From Callorhinchus milii (Eukaryota), in the NCBI RefSeq assembly GCF_018977255.1, contig NW_024704743.1, forward strand, positions 6,760,001-6,824,000: a stretch of 64,000 bases of DNA. The letters are read 5' to 3'. The stretch's first letter is position 1. Each line of letters starts with the position of its first letter. The notes beneath the pieces were generated by a model. That model worked only from the letters and a program-made list of their open reading frames with translations. It did no database searches and had not been told where the DNA came from. This document shows, piece after piece, positions 1 through 13,000 of the stretch. The position numbers were made by a program, and so were the translations under genes.

Positions 1-583
1 TTGATTATTCCTAATAGGATCTGCTGAAAATTAAACCCATAATTTGTTGCATTGTCAAATGTGGTGCAATAATAACTTCACCTCAGAACCCTGTAAAACT
101 AATTTATTGCGTATTTTACAATCCTTGGTTGAATACTGCTATCCAGTCCGATTATAAACGGAGATATTGCCACTGCACCCCACTCCCCTCTGCACACACA
201 CTAGACTTGAACGGATAATGACACAGATCCAGATCTTTCCAGGCTTCACTACAAAGGGAGAATCCTTTGAAGGAATTTTCTGTAATTGAATTCAACTCCT
301 CTTTAGCATGGCCCTCTTTGATGCACAGCAGATGTTGGGAGGAAATACTTAAGAAATTATCAATGGAAAGATAGCTGCCAATACATTGTTTTACATTGTT
401 TCACGAATATTCTTAAGATTTGAAGATAAGAGTTGAAGATATTTGGATTTTGTTCTTCGCAGTGATGTTACTACCCAAATGACGAATTTATCTTGCAATC
501 TTTTTTGACAAAATCTTTAACATCTTATTAAGATTCTAAGAGCAAACTTGGTGTCTAACTTGGTGTCTAAACTGTGACAGTTT

Positions 584-968
584 CAATTGGTATATCTGTG
601 GGAGTGCCAAACACTCTGGATTCTATACAAATCAGCTTTGTGGGGGGAGGGGAGGTGAAGAGACATGTTCTCCCTTTAATAACAATTGAGTTGCAAATGC
701 AGGTTCCTTAGGGGAACCTGGAGGTGTGAAACACAAAACTCCGCTCCGGAGGCATATTGTGTTGGAGTGGAACAAGACTCCTCTTTGTGACTCAAAATCA
801 GCCATGTCCAGCAAACAGAAAAGTCAGCCCCTCTGGGTACGTGGGTGGAATGGACTATTCCATCCAATAAAACTCCCCAATTGGTATATCTGTGGGATTG
901 CCAAACACTCTGGATTCTATACAAATCAGCTCTACTGAGGGGGGGGGGGGGGGAGATATGTTCTCCCT
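584..968. repeat. Spaced direct repeat
   Basis: 584-637 and 878-931 match at 53/54, and similarity extends through a G-rich run to gaga(c/t)atgttctccct. Confidence 0.9.
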
Positions 969-2524
969 AAAATGCACTCTTTTTGTACAAACTGCATTAA
1001 CAAATCTTTTCATTTTGATGCAATGAAAACACTGGGCCCTCATTTCTAATCTCCTATTTAGCCCAGTTTCATTCTGGTTTCCCCAGACTCTAATCACATT
1101 GAGAGGACTAAGGAGCTGCTAGCCACTGGTCATGGCAGTCTCTTAATTTGTAATGAACGACAGCAACGTATCGGAGCTACTGCTCAATTATTTCCACAGA
1201 TAAGCTTGAGGTATTAACAAGTCGTAGAGAATCAGGAATAAGTAATTCCTTTCTTAAATGTGGAACCTATGAAACCATTGACTCTCCGAAGATCCACAGG
1301 CTGAGTTCAGGCAAAAGTACTTGAACTGAATGTGTGGAGTAACTAAAGATCATCAAAAGAATAGTTACTCAAAAAATGACAGCCCTTCCTCCAGCAATTT
1401 TAAAGTCGGGCAGAAGGTCCAACTTGAAAATAAAGACCTGAGATCTGCAGCTCCTCACAAAATACAGTCACTCCACTTTACAGTAAACTTTACAGAGAAG
1501 CACTTTGAAACGTCTCAGCGGCGTGTTAAGTCACTTATATCAAATACAAGGATTATTCTTCTTCTCCCATATTAATGTGGTGCAATATGAACATTGTAAA
1601 CTTCTCCCTTTGGAGAAAACAGTTCAATTTCCTTAGGTCATGATAGGAGTATAGAAACAAGAGACCATTTAACCCATTTAATCATTTAACTCTGCCATTA
1701 GCCCACAACAGCTCCTTTACCTTTTTAAAACCACTGTTTATTTTAATACTCTTACTTACCAAGTACCTATCTACTTTGTTCTCAAACACCTCAATTGATT
1801 CTGAGTCGACAGTCATGTGGGACAGGACATTTGCACATTCTCACACCCCCATTGTGTGAAGAAATTGTTCCCTCCTGTCTTTGAGGCAGACGATAAACAG
1901 GAGTAGAAACCTTCAACTTTATGGTTTGTTCGGGCATCCCCAAACGCTAGTGAATGAAGTGAAGTATCCACTTCCATGAAAGTACAGCCATAAGGACTGC
2001 ACTCTTCATTTGCTCATGAGTGAATGATTTCTGTAGACCTTGGAAACCATCCAGGAAAAAAATGCAAGGCTAGTCTATGTCAAATAACATCTCGGATCCA
2101 GAATTTCAGAGACCATTGATTTCCACGGTCTTTATCCAATACAATTTTTATTCTTGTCCTACTTTTCATGTAGTCCTTGAATAGATCCCTGAGGAAGTAA
2201 TTATAGCTCTTTTGAAAAGAAGTCTCCCTACAACAAGTGTTATTCCCCAATATCCTTGCTCCCACAATTGCAAACATCAATGCAACTTTGAGGTAGTTGA
2301 AAGTACTATGGGTTCAAGCCCTATGTTGAGACTTTGCGTTCACAATCTAGGCTTACACTCTGGTGCAGTACTCGGGGAGCTCTATTGTCAGAAGTGCCGG
2401 CCTTTGGATTATGTTTTAAAGCAAGGTCATGTCTGATTGTTCAGGTGGAGGCTGTTCAAACGACACTATTCAAAATAGTTGAGCATTTGCGTTCACAATC
2501 TAGTCTTACACTCTGGTGCAGTAC

Positions 2525-2850
2525 ATAATAGTTTTCAATTCATGCCTTCTTCGTTCTGACCCATACATCATTGTAACTATCCTTTCTCTATTTACCCAAA
2601 CAAAACCATTCAAACCTCCAATAGATAACCCCTCCCTCACTCTTAATTTTCTCTGGTCCACCGATAACTCCACTGACTTTTCAAGTCTCTCCATGCAACT
2701 ATCACTTCTCATTCTTAGTAACATTTCAGTAACATTGCTGTATCATCTCCGTAATTGTGATATCCTTTCTATAATGAGATTTGAAACCCAGATGCAAAGC
2801 ATTAACTGGAGCCTTACCTTATCGACCATTCTACTAAACTTTCCCCAGTA
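2525..2850 (-). mobile_element. Degenerate CR1 ORF2 fragment
   Basis: ERLEKSVELSVDQRKLR...NGFVWVNRE...RRHELK resembles the CR1 C-terminal YEERL..LGLFSLE.RRLRGDL..RGH.LK motif. Confidence 0.6.
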
Positions 2851-3352
2851 AATAACTGTGGTCCTCAGATTTGAGTCATGTAAAGATAACAGGTACTGGC
2901 CATTAAATGCATTTGTCTCTTGACTGATCACACATCACTTGATTTGAGGTTAGGCCTCCTTATGCTGTGACTCGACTGTGCATGTGGAACAAAAAGGGCA
3001 TTTGATAAATACTATGGAAATAAGAGTAATGTCTGCTGTTGACACCTCCACCTGGCCAGTGCTTTTCTTATCACCGCAAACTAAACACTAAGCCTAAACC
3101 AGGTACAAATTAGTGCAGTAATACACAGCTAAATCATCAAAAATGGTACCCAACTAAAAAGAGAAACAAGTAATATGGCCAACCCCTTCTTATTTCTGAC
3201 GTTGCTCAGCCCAAATTGTGGAAATGATGGTAATCTCACTAGAATATCATTCAAGCAACCTAAACAAGTGGACACTAGGCAGCACACCTAGGGTCAAACA
3301 ACTGCCCAAAAAGACAAACAATATACAAATCAGAGTTAAAATGACCATTTAC

Positions 3353-3523
3353 CAACAAAGACAACGAGCCTGTACTTCTCGCTGGGCTGCCGCTGGTAAA
3401 AGACCACTTCTTCATAGGTTGGAACATCTGCAGTGTCGTACTGTTCACTTCTTTTACATTCGTACATGGATTTATTCATCTTCCTGTCTTTTCTGCTCAG
3501 TCGAAAACTTCTTCTGAAGCCAG
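3353..3523 (-). CDS. MPP7: MPP7 coding exon (HOOK end, start of guanylate kinase-like domain), 171 nt, phase 1-1
   Basis: Acceptor cttcattcttgcAG, donor TTG|GTaaat. Translates [56 protein letters not shown](G). Confidence 0.96.
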
Positions 3524-5759
3524 CTGCAAGAATGAAGAGTCATTAGTCTTACTTCTCACAAACAATCGCTTCCTAAAAACATCACAAAACTAAATAGAAC
3601 AGTCACTTATTGTGACGCTAAAACCTACTCAGAACCATCAAAAGAAGCAGTGCAAATTAAGCTTGTCTTCCACAACCTGTATTGCATGCTGAAATGTAGT
3701 TTCCAGAGTTTTCTTCTCCTCTCTCAAAGGCCAGAGCTAAATAGCATTTAAAAATAACACTTTAGGTAATACTAAGACTGTAACTAAATCCTAAAGTCCA
3801 CCTTAAAACAAAGCTCAGAAATGCAGTGCTCGCTTGGTGAAAATGGCAGATTTATTCCTTACTTGTGTCCCTGTATGATTAAAAATTGCAGAATATCTCG
3901 TAGCAGCATAATCATGGGAGCACATTAGATGCAATAAACCAATACGTTTATTTTATGTAGAAATTTAAAACATTTTCTTTAAAAATAACATTCAATAGGT
4001 ATCAAATCCTATTGAATAACATCAATTCTACATGCAAACAGATATGCACCAACTTGGGCAGGGATAACTGGTAAAATACATACAGGTAGAAGCTGCGTGG
4101 TGAACTTACCAACAAGATTTACAAGGATGTTACAAGTGATTAATGGATACAGCTATCAAGAAAGATTGGATAGGTTGCATCTTTTCTCTCTGGAGTTGAG
4201 ACTACCTGACAGGTGTTTAAGATTATGAAAGAATTCAATAAAGTGGATTTTGATTAAAATAAGACTGCACGGATACCATGATTCGGTTCATAAATGTGAT
4301 AGTTAGAATCATCAAACTTACTTTTAAGATTTAAATTTGCTGGAATGATAAATTATGATTCATATGATTAGAAAAAACATAATCACCAGAGTCTCTAAGT
4401 AAAAAACACAAATGATATTCATATGATCTTCCTGGAATACACAACAAGTAGACTGTCTATTGAGCTTATTAGCATGAATTGACAGAGGTCTGAGCTTCAT
4501 TTGGTGAACTTCAATTGGAGTTCTTTTTATTGGTCTGACACACAGAAACTTTTCATTATGCTTTAAACAACTTGGAGTTATTGAGTTTAAAGCTGTGGGA
4601 CTACAGAGATGAGGTCTGAGATCAGTTCAGTTATTTCAAGGACCATTAATGCAGATAAATAAAACACTGGTCTGGGAAATTTCCTTAACTTCATTATAAA
4701 ATATATATATATAATATATATATATAGATCTACCAATAAAATAAATAGAACCCAACTCAGCTAAGAAAACTATGTTTAAGTTTGTGTTGCTGTTGGAAAT
4801 CTATAATTAGATGCAACAGACGACATAAGGGAATTGATTTCACTCGGAAATAATAAGGAAAATAGAGACAGAAGTTGTGAGTAATGCAAAAACCCAAGCA
4901 AATATTTTATGGGAACTTAAAGGAGGAAATACATGACAAATGTCAGGAGCATCTGTATCTGATCAAGCAAAGAATGTTAGTTTGAAGAGGATTTATACCT
5001 ACATATCAAAAACACAGCTTCAAGTTAGGTTCTATCAACCCAAGATCAGAATCAGTGATGGTATGCACCCAACACTCACGCAGTTATTTTACAACTCCCA
5101 TTGCCAATTAATGTGAGTTACCAAGAGGTCTGAGCTTCATTTGGTGAAGCTGAGTCCAGAAATATTTCAGACAGTTTTATTGCAGTACGTTAGTCACCAA
5201 GAAACACATTTAAAGAGAAAAGTTTGAGTATCTGTGGAGTAGGATTAATGCACATCACCAAAATTTGCTAGTTAACCTAATTAACTACAAAGAACTCAAT
5301 GTTCCAGATCGATGGGGCCCAACAATTTAAGAACAATTTTACATGATGTGGGTTTGAGTCATCCCCAGACAGATAAAACTGATGGCCTTCCACCTCATTG
5401 CTGTTAACATTCCTGTTGAAATAGGCCTGGGCAGGATCAGTTCAAGTGCACAGTGACAGGAATCCATAACACCAATTAGCCCTAAATTGGTAAATCTGTT
5501 CAAGCAAGAGGCCATAAGGATGCTGAGTCTTAGAAATGGAGACGTGGTATTGGAATCTGAAGAGGTGATCTGAGGATCAAGTATAGCCAATGTGGGGACA
5601 ATATACGAGAGGTCCACACTGCATCCAGCTCAGATGGGACAAGATGCGAAAATTCTTAATTCAGTCACTGGGTGCAAAGAAACATTTCTATTCCACCCAA
5701 AAACTGTTGTGTTTCACTGTGATGAGTGTAAAACAGTACATCCCCGAAACTCCGGAACT

Positions 5760-5945
5760 CTTTCCCGCAATCCCTCTGCCTTGCCCCCTCCATCCCTATT
5801 GCCAAATCTTACCTAATGACCTTCCTTTTTACGGTCACCTCCCCCCTCCCTCTATCCCTGTCTCTGGGTCAGACTCCAACACTGTCCAGCTCTCAGGGAT
5901 GTTATCCCGGATGAAGGATGCTGTATAAATGCAAGTTGTTGTTGT
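5760..5945 (+). mobile_element. L2 LINE 3' end
   Basis: Pyrimidine-rich 3' UTR ending gctgtataaatgcaag(TTG)n. Related ends at ~15735-15960(-), 23390-23730(-), 41480-41542(+), 44120-44297(+) and 61275-61345(+). Confidence 0.7.
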
Positions 5946-6299
5946 GCTTATACAACTATTGTTTATTTAGCGCCTTCACGTGGAGGAGCATCTCTTAGCA
6001 CATTATACTTCATGTTGATGACAAAATGCTACAATATTTGCAGTGTAAACACGTCCAATGCAAATTTAATTTGTTTCCCTTCATCCTTTAGACAGACTAC
6101 AAGCTTTAATTTGAACATTTTTAATGTTACGAAGGACCAGCTTGCTGTTCAAGCCAAGCACTACAAGTTTGATATTTCCTAACTGTCCATCACTTTAACT
6201 TGCTCTCATTAGTTTCATCGCACTCAGCATGCTTTCTTGTACAAATATTAATGCTCCTGCTGCAGCATCTTTATACCTACCGCCTCTCTCTCTCTCTCT

Positions 6300-6880
6300 C
6301 ACACAGGCCAAAACTGCTTTCAATTCCCAGGCCATTCTGGAGGCCAAAACCACCCCCAAAGTGATGTTCTTCACCAATCATCATCTTCTCCATGTGCCTC
6401 TCAAGCACCCTCGATCCTCACATCTAGTGCCAAGTACGATGAAGTCTTCATCCCTAGTGCGATGGATTTCTTCATTTCAAAGATAGAAAACATCCGCCCG
6501 GCCGCCTCCTCCCCCGTGTCCCCTAACACCCCTCCCCCAACCATGTACGAACCTTACCTCTTGCTGCCACTGAATAAATCTATATAAAAACTCAGGATAA
6601 AGAGAACAGATATCTTTGGATTTAGTGATGAAAATAATATATTTTTTTCATAACAGATGACCAATGTACTCTCACTCTGCAATCAGGGCTCCCCCTGTCT
6701 TAATGTCTTCCTCAACCGTTCTGCTGCTTTTGATACTGCTGACCATTCCATTTTCCTTGACCGTCTCTCCATCCTTATCCACTTCCACTCTTCTGTGTCC
6801 CAATCATGAGTAAGAGCATTTTCTTTCATCTTCACCACTTTCCCCGCCTCAGCCCTTATCTCACACCAAATGCCCACCAA
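6300..6880 (+). mobile_element. L2 ORF2 fragments
   Basis: SAAFDTADHSIFL (~6720-6760) matches the L2 RT motif DLSAAFDTVDHSILL. Confidence 0.7.
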
Positions 6881-7560
6881 GTACAAAAGTCAATCCACCT
6901 TACTGTAAATCCTGGGAAGCACATTGAGACGTCTCGACGATATTATATGGCGCTACATTATTTGCAAGGATTAATGTATCTATTATTATAATAAATATCA
7001 CTGAATCCCTCACTCACTCCTTGTTACTTCCTGATACAACTTCTTAAAATCTATTTGAATTCTTTGAAGACTATTTTGAAGATGGAGATTTGTTACCATT
7101 ACAAATCATTTGATAAAACTCTCAAAGGAAATTGATAGGCTAGAATACAAATCCTGTGAGCCAATATGAAATTATGATGGGATGGTTAATGGCTAGATAA
7201 CAGCGAATATGGGATAAAGAACACTTCTAGGTATGTATGTCTGCACTGACAGTAACACTATATATGCCATACATCCTGCAGCTCAGCAGAACTAAAAATA
7301 TTTGGCTTCTAACTAGTGTTGGCAACACTGGACATTCAAGATATATTCCTATAATATGTAACATCTGGGAGTTAAAAAAAAGCTTTCAGGTATGTTTTGC
7401 ATTACAAAATGCAATGTTTGAAGAAAACGATTATGGTTTCCCTGCAGACTATGGACCCAATAGCGAGACTCAGATATGATAATTAGTGTAGCCTAAAGCA
7501 GATTTATAAAAGTTCACCATTTCTGCTTCTTCAGTGCAACTCACACATTAGTTTTCTGCT

Positions 7561-7630
7561 CCAGATCCTCAGAATTCTGAGCCAGATCCTTAGATTCTGA
7601 GCCAGATCCTCAGAATTTTGAGCCAAATCT
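7561..7630. repeat. ~21-22 bp tandem repeat x3
   Basis: ccagatcctcagaattctgag repeated; the core ctcagaattctgag is a perfect palindrome. Confidence 0.9.
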
Positions 7631-7845
7631 ATTAACTACTGGAACAGGTAGCGATTTACAACTGATAGATTTTTTGAAAAAAATGCAATGCTGGAAATTG
7701 GAAATAAAAACAGAAATGCTGGAAACCTGCAACAAATTAATCATCATTTGAAAGAGATAGTTTGAAATTTCAGAGACAGCCCTTGATCAGCACAGCAACA
7801 GTAAGTAGGATAAGCCCCCTCCATATAATAATGCTAATAATATTA

Positions 7846-8218
7846 ATAATCATCCTTACATTTGATATAGCGCCTTTTCATGTCTTCTAGACGCCCCAAA
7901 GAGTTTCACAGAATATACTGTAAAGTGAATTGACTATATATTTTGTGGGCGAAACGTGGCAGTTGTACACAATTGTGTACAGCAGTATCCCACAAACAGT
8001 CGTGGATTGAAGTGACCAATTTATTATTTTTTTGAAGGAATTATTGTCCCCGGAAACGCAATCCGCCAATCGACTAACAACCGGCTTCCTACTTACTGCT
8101 AGGTAAACAGAGGGTGTGGAGTAAGGAAACTTGTCCAACATTTCGCCCTGCTGGGAATCGAACCCAGGTATCTCAATTGCGAGGCAAGTGCTCTCAACAC
8201 TGAGCTACAGGACTCCAC
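7846..8218 (-). mobile_element. tRNA(Ala)-derived SINE, long variant
   Basis: Reverse complement begins GTGGAGTCCTGTAGCTCAGTG (Pol III A box), carries the extra ctctgtttacctagcagtaagtaggaa block and ends in the shared tail. Confidence 0.9.
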
Positions 8219-8831
8219 ATAGAGGAGAGATAACCTACATATCTGTGACAAGTCAGGAGAGATAAGCACCTTGAGATGTCCTTCCAATGTGAAAGGGCTG
8301 TATAAATGTAAATTTGTATCATTAAAGTCAGTTTTTATCTGGTGTCTTATTTTTCAAGTGCTATTTTGCCATTTGCAATAAAAAAACAGAAGGTGTGGGG
8401 GGGGGCTGGGGGTAGAATTTGCTACAACTCCAGTAAGTTTGGTGAAAATTGCGACTTATTCTGGAACATCAAACAACAAGCCACATTAAGCACAGCAGTT
8501 AGAACATGACAGCTGGGACCCACAAGGTCCTAAACAATATTATAATGGGGCGCAATCACGGTAAGTGCCTCCAAATTCACTGTATACATGTGCAGAAAGC
8601 TGGCTGACTCCTTCAGTAAAGAAATGGATGACACCCAGGTCATCAGCTCGTCTATGACAATATTTCTTTCACCTTGAGTGTTCACAGGACACGGGAAATG
8701 ATGTTTCCAGTGACATGATGATCCTGAGGTTGTTCAGTATTGAAGCGAGTGAGAAACCATCTGGTGTTTTGAAGCAAACCTCTAAAGCAAGGCTTTGCAC
8801 ACACAATTTAATTTCTCTAGTTGGTAAGTTT

Positions 8832-9155
8832 GTGGAGTCCTGTAGCTCAGTGGTTAGAGCACTCGCTTTGCAAGCGAGAGACCTGAGTTCAATTCCAGGC
8901 AGAGGGCGAAACCTTGGGCAAGTTTCCTTACTCCACACAGAGCCTAATAATAATCCCTCCAAAACCAAAACAATAATAAATTGGTCATTTTCAATCTACG
9001 ACTGTTTGTGGGACATTGCTGTGCGCAATTGGCTGCCGCGTTCGCCCACAAATATACAGTCAATTCACTTTACAGTGTGTTCTGTGCAGCGCTTTGGGAC
9101 GTCCTCCTGATGTGAAAAGCGCTATATCAAATGCAAGGATTATTATTATTATTAT
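8832..9155 (+). mobile_element. tRNA(Ala)-derived SINE, short young variant
   Basis: A box TAGCTCAGTGG, anticodon arm CTCGC-TTTGCAA-GCGAG, B box GTTCAATTCC, tail AAATGCAAGG(ATT)n. Near-identical to copies at 20205 and 27037. Confidence 0.93.
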
Positions 9156-10099
9156 AAGTAAATGTCAAGGTTCACGCCATAATATGAGTAAACCCAGTTT
9201 CCAATGAAACGCGTTTCAATGAGGTTCTGCTCAAGGGACAAACATTATTTTTTGAAAAAAAGTGCCTCCTCAGACCAAGGCAACAAATCTAATCCATTCT
9301 TTTCATGTCAAGATTAGTAATGTGATGAAACCATAAAAACTTACAGTACAGAAGGCGGCCATATGGCCCATCGTGTCCTTGCTAACCCCTTTAAGAGCAA
9401 ACCTTTCAATCCCATTTACCTGCCCTTTCCCGATCCCTCTGTGGGATGTCCTTTTAAGAATGATGGTCAATTGGAAAAGGAAACAATAAACTGAAAAACA
9501 GGAAGTATAAATGGGCACTGGGCAAGATTATATAGTAGTTGGGAGGATTGACTTGGCAATAGATAAACTGCCTAACACACTCGTGCTCTGGAATGCGTAT
9601 TGTTGCACTGTGTCAGAAGTAAACTGAACAGACCGCAAGATTGGAAATGAACATTAGAAGAAGCAAAATGTATTTAGGAGCAAGAGAAACAGATTACACG
9701 ATAAAGGATGTGCAAATACCGTGACCCCTGAAATTAATGAGAAACAAAAGAAATAAATGGAACAGGTTTGAATGGGGATTTCTGAATCTTTGCAATAGCC
9801 TCTAATTTTCTGTAACTGCTGCAAAGACAACAAACTGCTATGCAGTAATACTCACTTAAGTTGTATCAGTCAGGACCATGACATTTAATACGACTTACGC
9901 AAACTTGTATATATTGTATAAAATGTAATTTAATCAATAATTAATAAGCATGCGTAATACAATGCAGCCGGTACATGTGGATGTGGTAGTTTGTCACTGC
10001 AGACTGTAAGGTGGTGATGGGTCAAGACTATGTTTCCTGTAATTCAATGTGTCGCCGCATGTGCACTTACCAACAAGCATTGATTTGCGGGAAATGAAG

Positions 10100-13000
10100 T
10101 TCTTTTGCGCATGAGTCAATGAATCAAGGCTACGTTTGATTCAATGAAGCCAGTAAGTGCGGGAGCAATAGAGGATATGGGAGCAGCATTATGAGATGAT
10201 AAATACGAGCAGTGGTTTTGATAGGAAACTAAATAGCTCTAAGGTGGATGTACAACTTAGACCATTATATGATTTATAAAGAAGACTTGTGCGTGTTTAC
10301 TGTATTCCTGAATGTAGCAGAAGTAGCAGCAAGGGAATATTTTGAAACTTTAGAGAGAGATGTGGAAATGCCATTAGATGATATCATGAATATTGTGCAG
10401 TGACGATGTTGTGGATAAAAAAACCATGTGACCACAGACCAGTACCAAATTTGGTACAAGAAAACAAAGGCCTACAGAGCTGATTATACAATATTTTGCG
10501 GTATTCAGATCATTAAGCTAGTCATCAATTAGGGAGTACTGAAAGAGGAAATGATTAGGGATCAGAGGGTGATTGGAATTAGACAACAAAATACACAATA
10601 AACTCTTAAAACAGGATTTTACATTGCAGACAGCAATACAAATAATAAATGTGGAGGAAAGTCAAACATATATGAAGGAAAAAGAGAAAGAAACAATAAG
10701 ATATGGAAATAGATAACTTGCTTCAAAGAATAGCTGGAATTACTGTGACACATGTGAGAAATGCAGATTAGAACATCTGTTAAGGAGATGTCCAACGGGA
10801 GGGAAGGATGTTATGTTTGCAATAAATATGGGCACAATGCAGGGAAATGCAGAAATAGACAACGAGAACCTGAGAGGATCTATGGAAGAATACAAGCGAT
10901 CAGAGGAAAGAATGATACGCGAAAGAAAGGAAGACAAAAGGATCGAGCAAGTGCGATCAAGGCACAATGAACTAGTGGACGGCTGGGAATTGGAATCCAG
11001 CGTTAGTGAAAAGGAAGACAAGTACTATATTGATATAAAGGAACTTGAAGGGAACAGAAGGGAAGGTAGTATCTCTGCACTAAAGAAAGAAAATACAAAC
11101 AGTGCAAATTAGATAAGAACCACAGGTAAATGCTGCTGGAAGAATAGCTAAAGTTGGGAAAACCAGCTATAGATAGATAGGAAACTGGATAGCCTAGAAC
11201 AAAGGGAAAATTGAAACAGTTGGCAGAGTGGAGCTAGAAAAGTAGGTTACACAAAATAACATTTTACATATTGAAAGGCCGACACTCTGGTTGGCCTTCA
11301 AGATAATTATAATGGGACTGCTTAAAGTCAGAATTGTGAATAAAGAAGACAGCAAAAGATTAGAACTTGAAGAAATGGTGAAAAACGTTTTCTGAGGGGA
11401 AAAGAGGATTAATGATATAAGGCTAAAGGAAACAGTAAAACCTATTATACAGCCCGTTAGAGTACAGTTTCATTTGTCCCCCGACCGCCTTCCCCGAAAG
11501 CAATGGTTGAAAGACTATAAAAACTTTAAAGGAAATGGTTTAACAACAACAACAAAATTACATTTGTATGGCTCCTTTCACGTCAGGAGGACGGTGATGG
11601 GTCAAGAGGCTGGACAATCAGTTTTTCGGACCCGAGCTGAGGATCAGATCATAAAGAAGGTAGAAAAACCCTGGCTGGTGAGTGCTTTAGTGATAATAGA
11701 AAAAACAGTCATTGATATGTTTAGACCCACAACAGCTAAGCAAAGCCATAAGAAGAGAGCTTTTATGCTGTATCTACTATGTAAGATACACATGCATTAT
11801 TATGCAGAGCAAAATTCTTTCCCACTAGATTGTCCATCAGGATATTGGCAGGTTAAGTTGACTGAGAATAGCATTTACGTGACAACATTTTCAACACCGT
11901 ATGGAAGATATTGTTTCCAGAGAATGTCATTTGGCATAAAGTCAGCCCAGGAAGTATTTCAAAAGAAATTAGTACAGAAGGAATACCAGCTGGAATAAAT
12001 GACATTGATGAACTAATAAACAAAAGAACAAGAAATTCTATGTACGCACCAGTTAAGATTTGTAGACGCAAGCAAAGCAGGGATACGAGCAGTACGATAA
12101 ACAAGAAGATACCATAGCATTTGCATCAAAAGCATTATCCAAAACAGAAAATACATCTAAATAATAGGAGAAAATGATCATAATTCATTTTTAAAAAAGG
12201 ACTCAATGAAACAAGTCAGTCTGCACTGGATGCAAATACTATTACAAAAATACAATATAGAATTTAAATACAAACCAGGACAGACAGATGCACTGAGATG
12301 AGCTACCAGTCAAGAAGGAAATGAAGGCAAAGGCGATGAGACAAAAAAGAGAGGCAAACAAAAGAGTTGGGAGTTAGTAATGCAATAAATATGTTGCAAA
12401 ACGGATGGCATGAAAAACAGGGCAAAAGCACCAGAAATTGTTTGACCGTACTGGGACTACAGACAGGAAATATATCAACAGAAAGGAATAATCTCTCAGA
12501 GATAGAATGGTAATCCCATGAGAATTAAAAAAGAGATTCTTGAAGAACATACATGAGGACACTGGGGAATAGAAAAAGCAAAAAGAGCAGTATTTGGCCC
12601 GGCATTAGTCAGATAGAGGACTGCATTGTAAAAGTCTGAGACATGTGCAAGATATCAGTACCTGAAAAAGCACAAACTTATCATTTGGTATGAGGGCCCA
12701 CGCAGGGCACGGACAAAGTAGGAACAGGCTTATTCTATTTTAAGGATAAGGATTCCCTAATGATGGACTACACATCAAAATGTTGTGAATATACAGAACT
12801 AAACACCATGACTACAGAGCCAATAATAAAACCAAAGAATGTTTTGCCCAGCATGGAATACTACAAGCGATGGACTCCCATAACCTAGTGGATAGTGCGC
12901 AACAAACACGGGGGCTGGGGGATGGAGCACAGGACAGCTTCCCCAGGATATCCACAAAGCAACAGATTGGTGGAGAGAGCAATACATAATGTATCAAGAA

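Noticed and set aside
8672..8782. Additional minus-strand cassette exon, or C/D snoRNA (ATGATGA...CTGA near 8715)
   Set aside because: The open frame ends in phase 2, which does not fit the phase-1 intron; the C and D boxes are too close together and lack a terminal stem.
8832..8910. tRNA-Ala(TGC) genes at SINE heads
   Set aside because: The acceptor stem does not pair properly and every copy continues into a SINE body and tail.
11474..11998. 174-aa ORF as a functional or domesticated gene
   Set aside because: Chimera of an L2 tail insert and a truncated Gypsy RT lacking the catalytic YxDD block.
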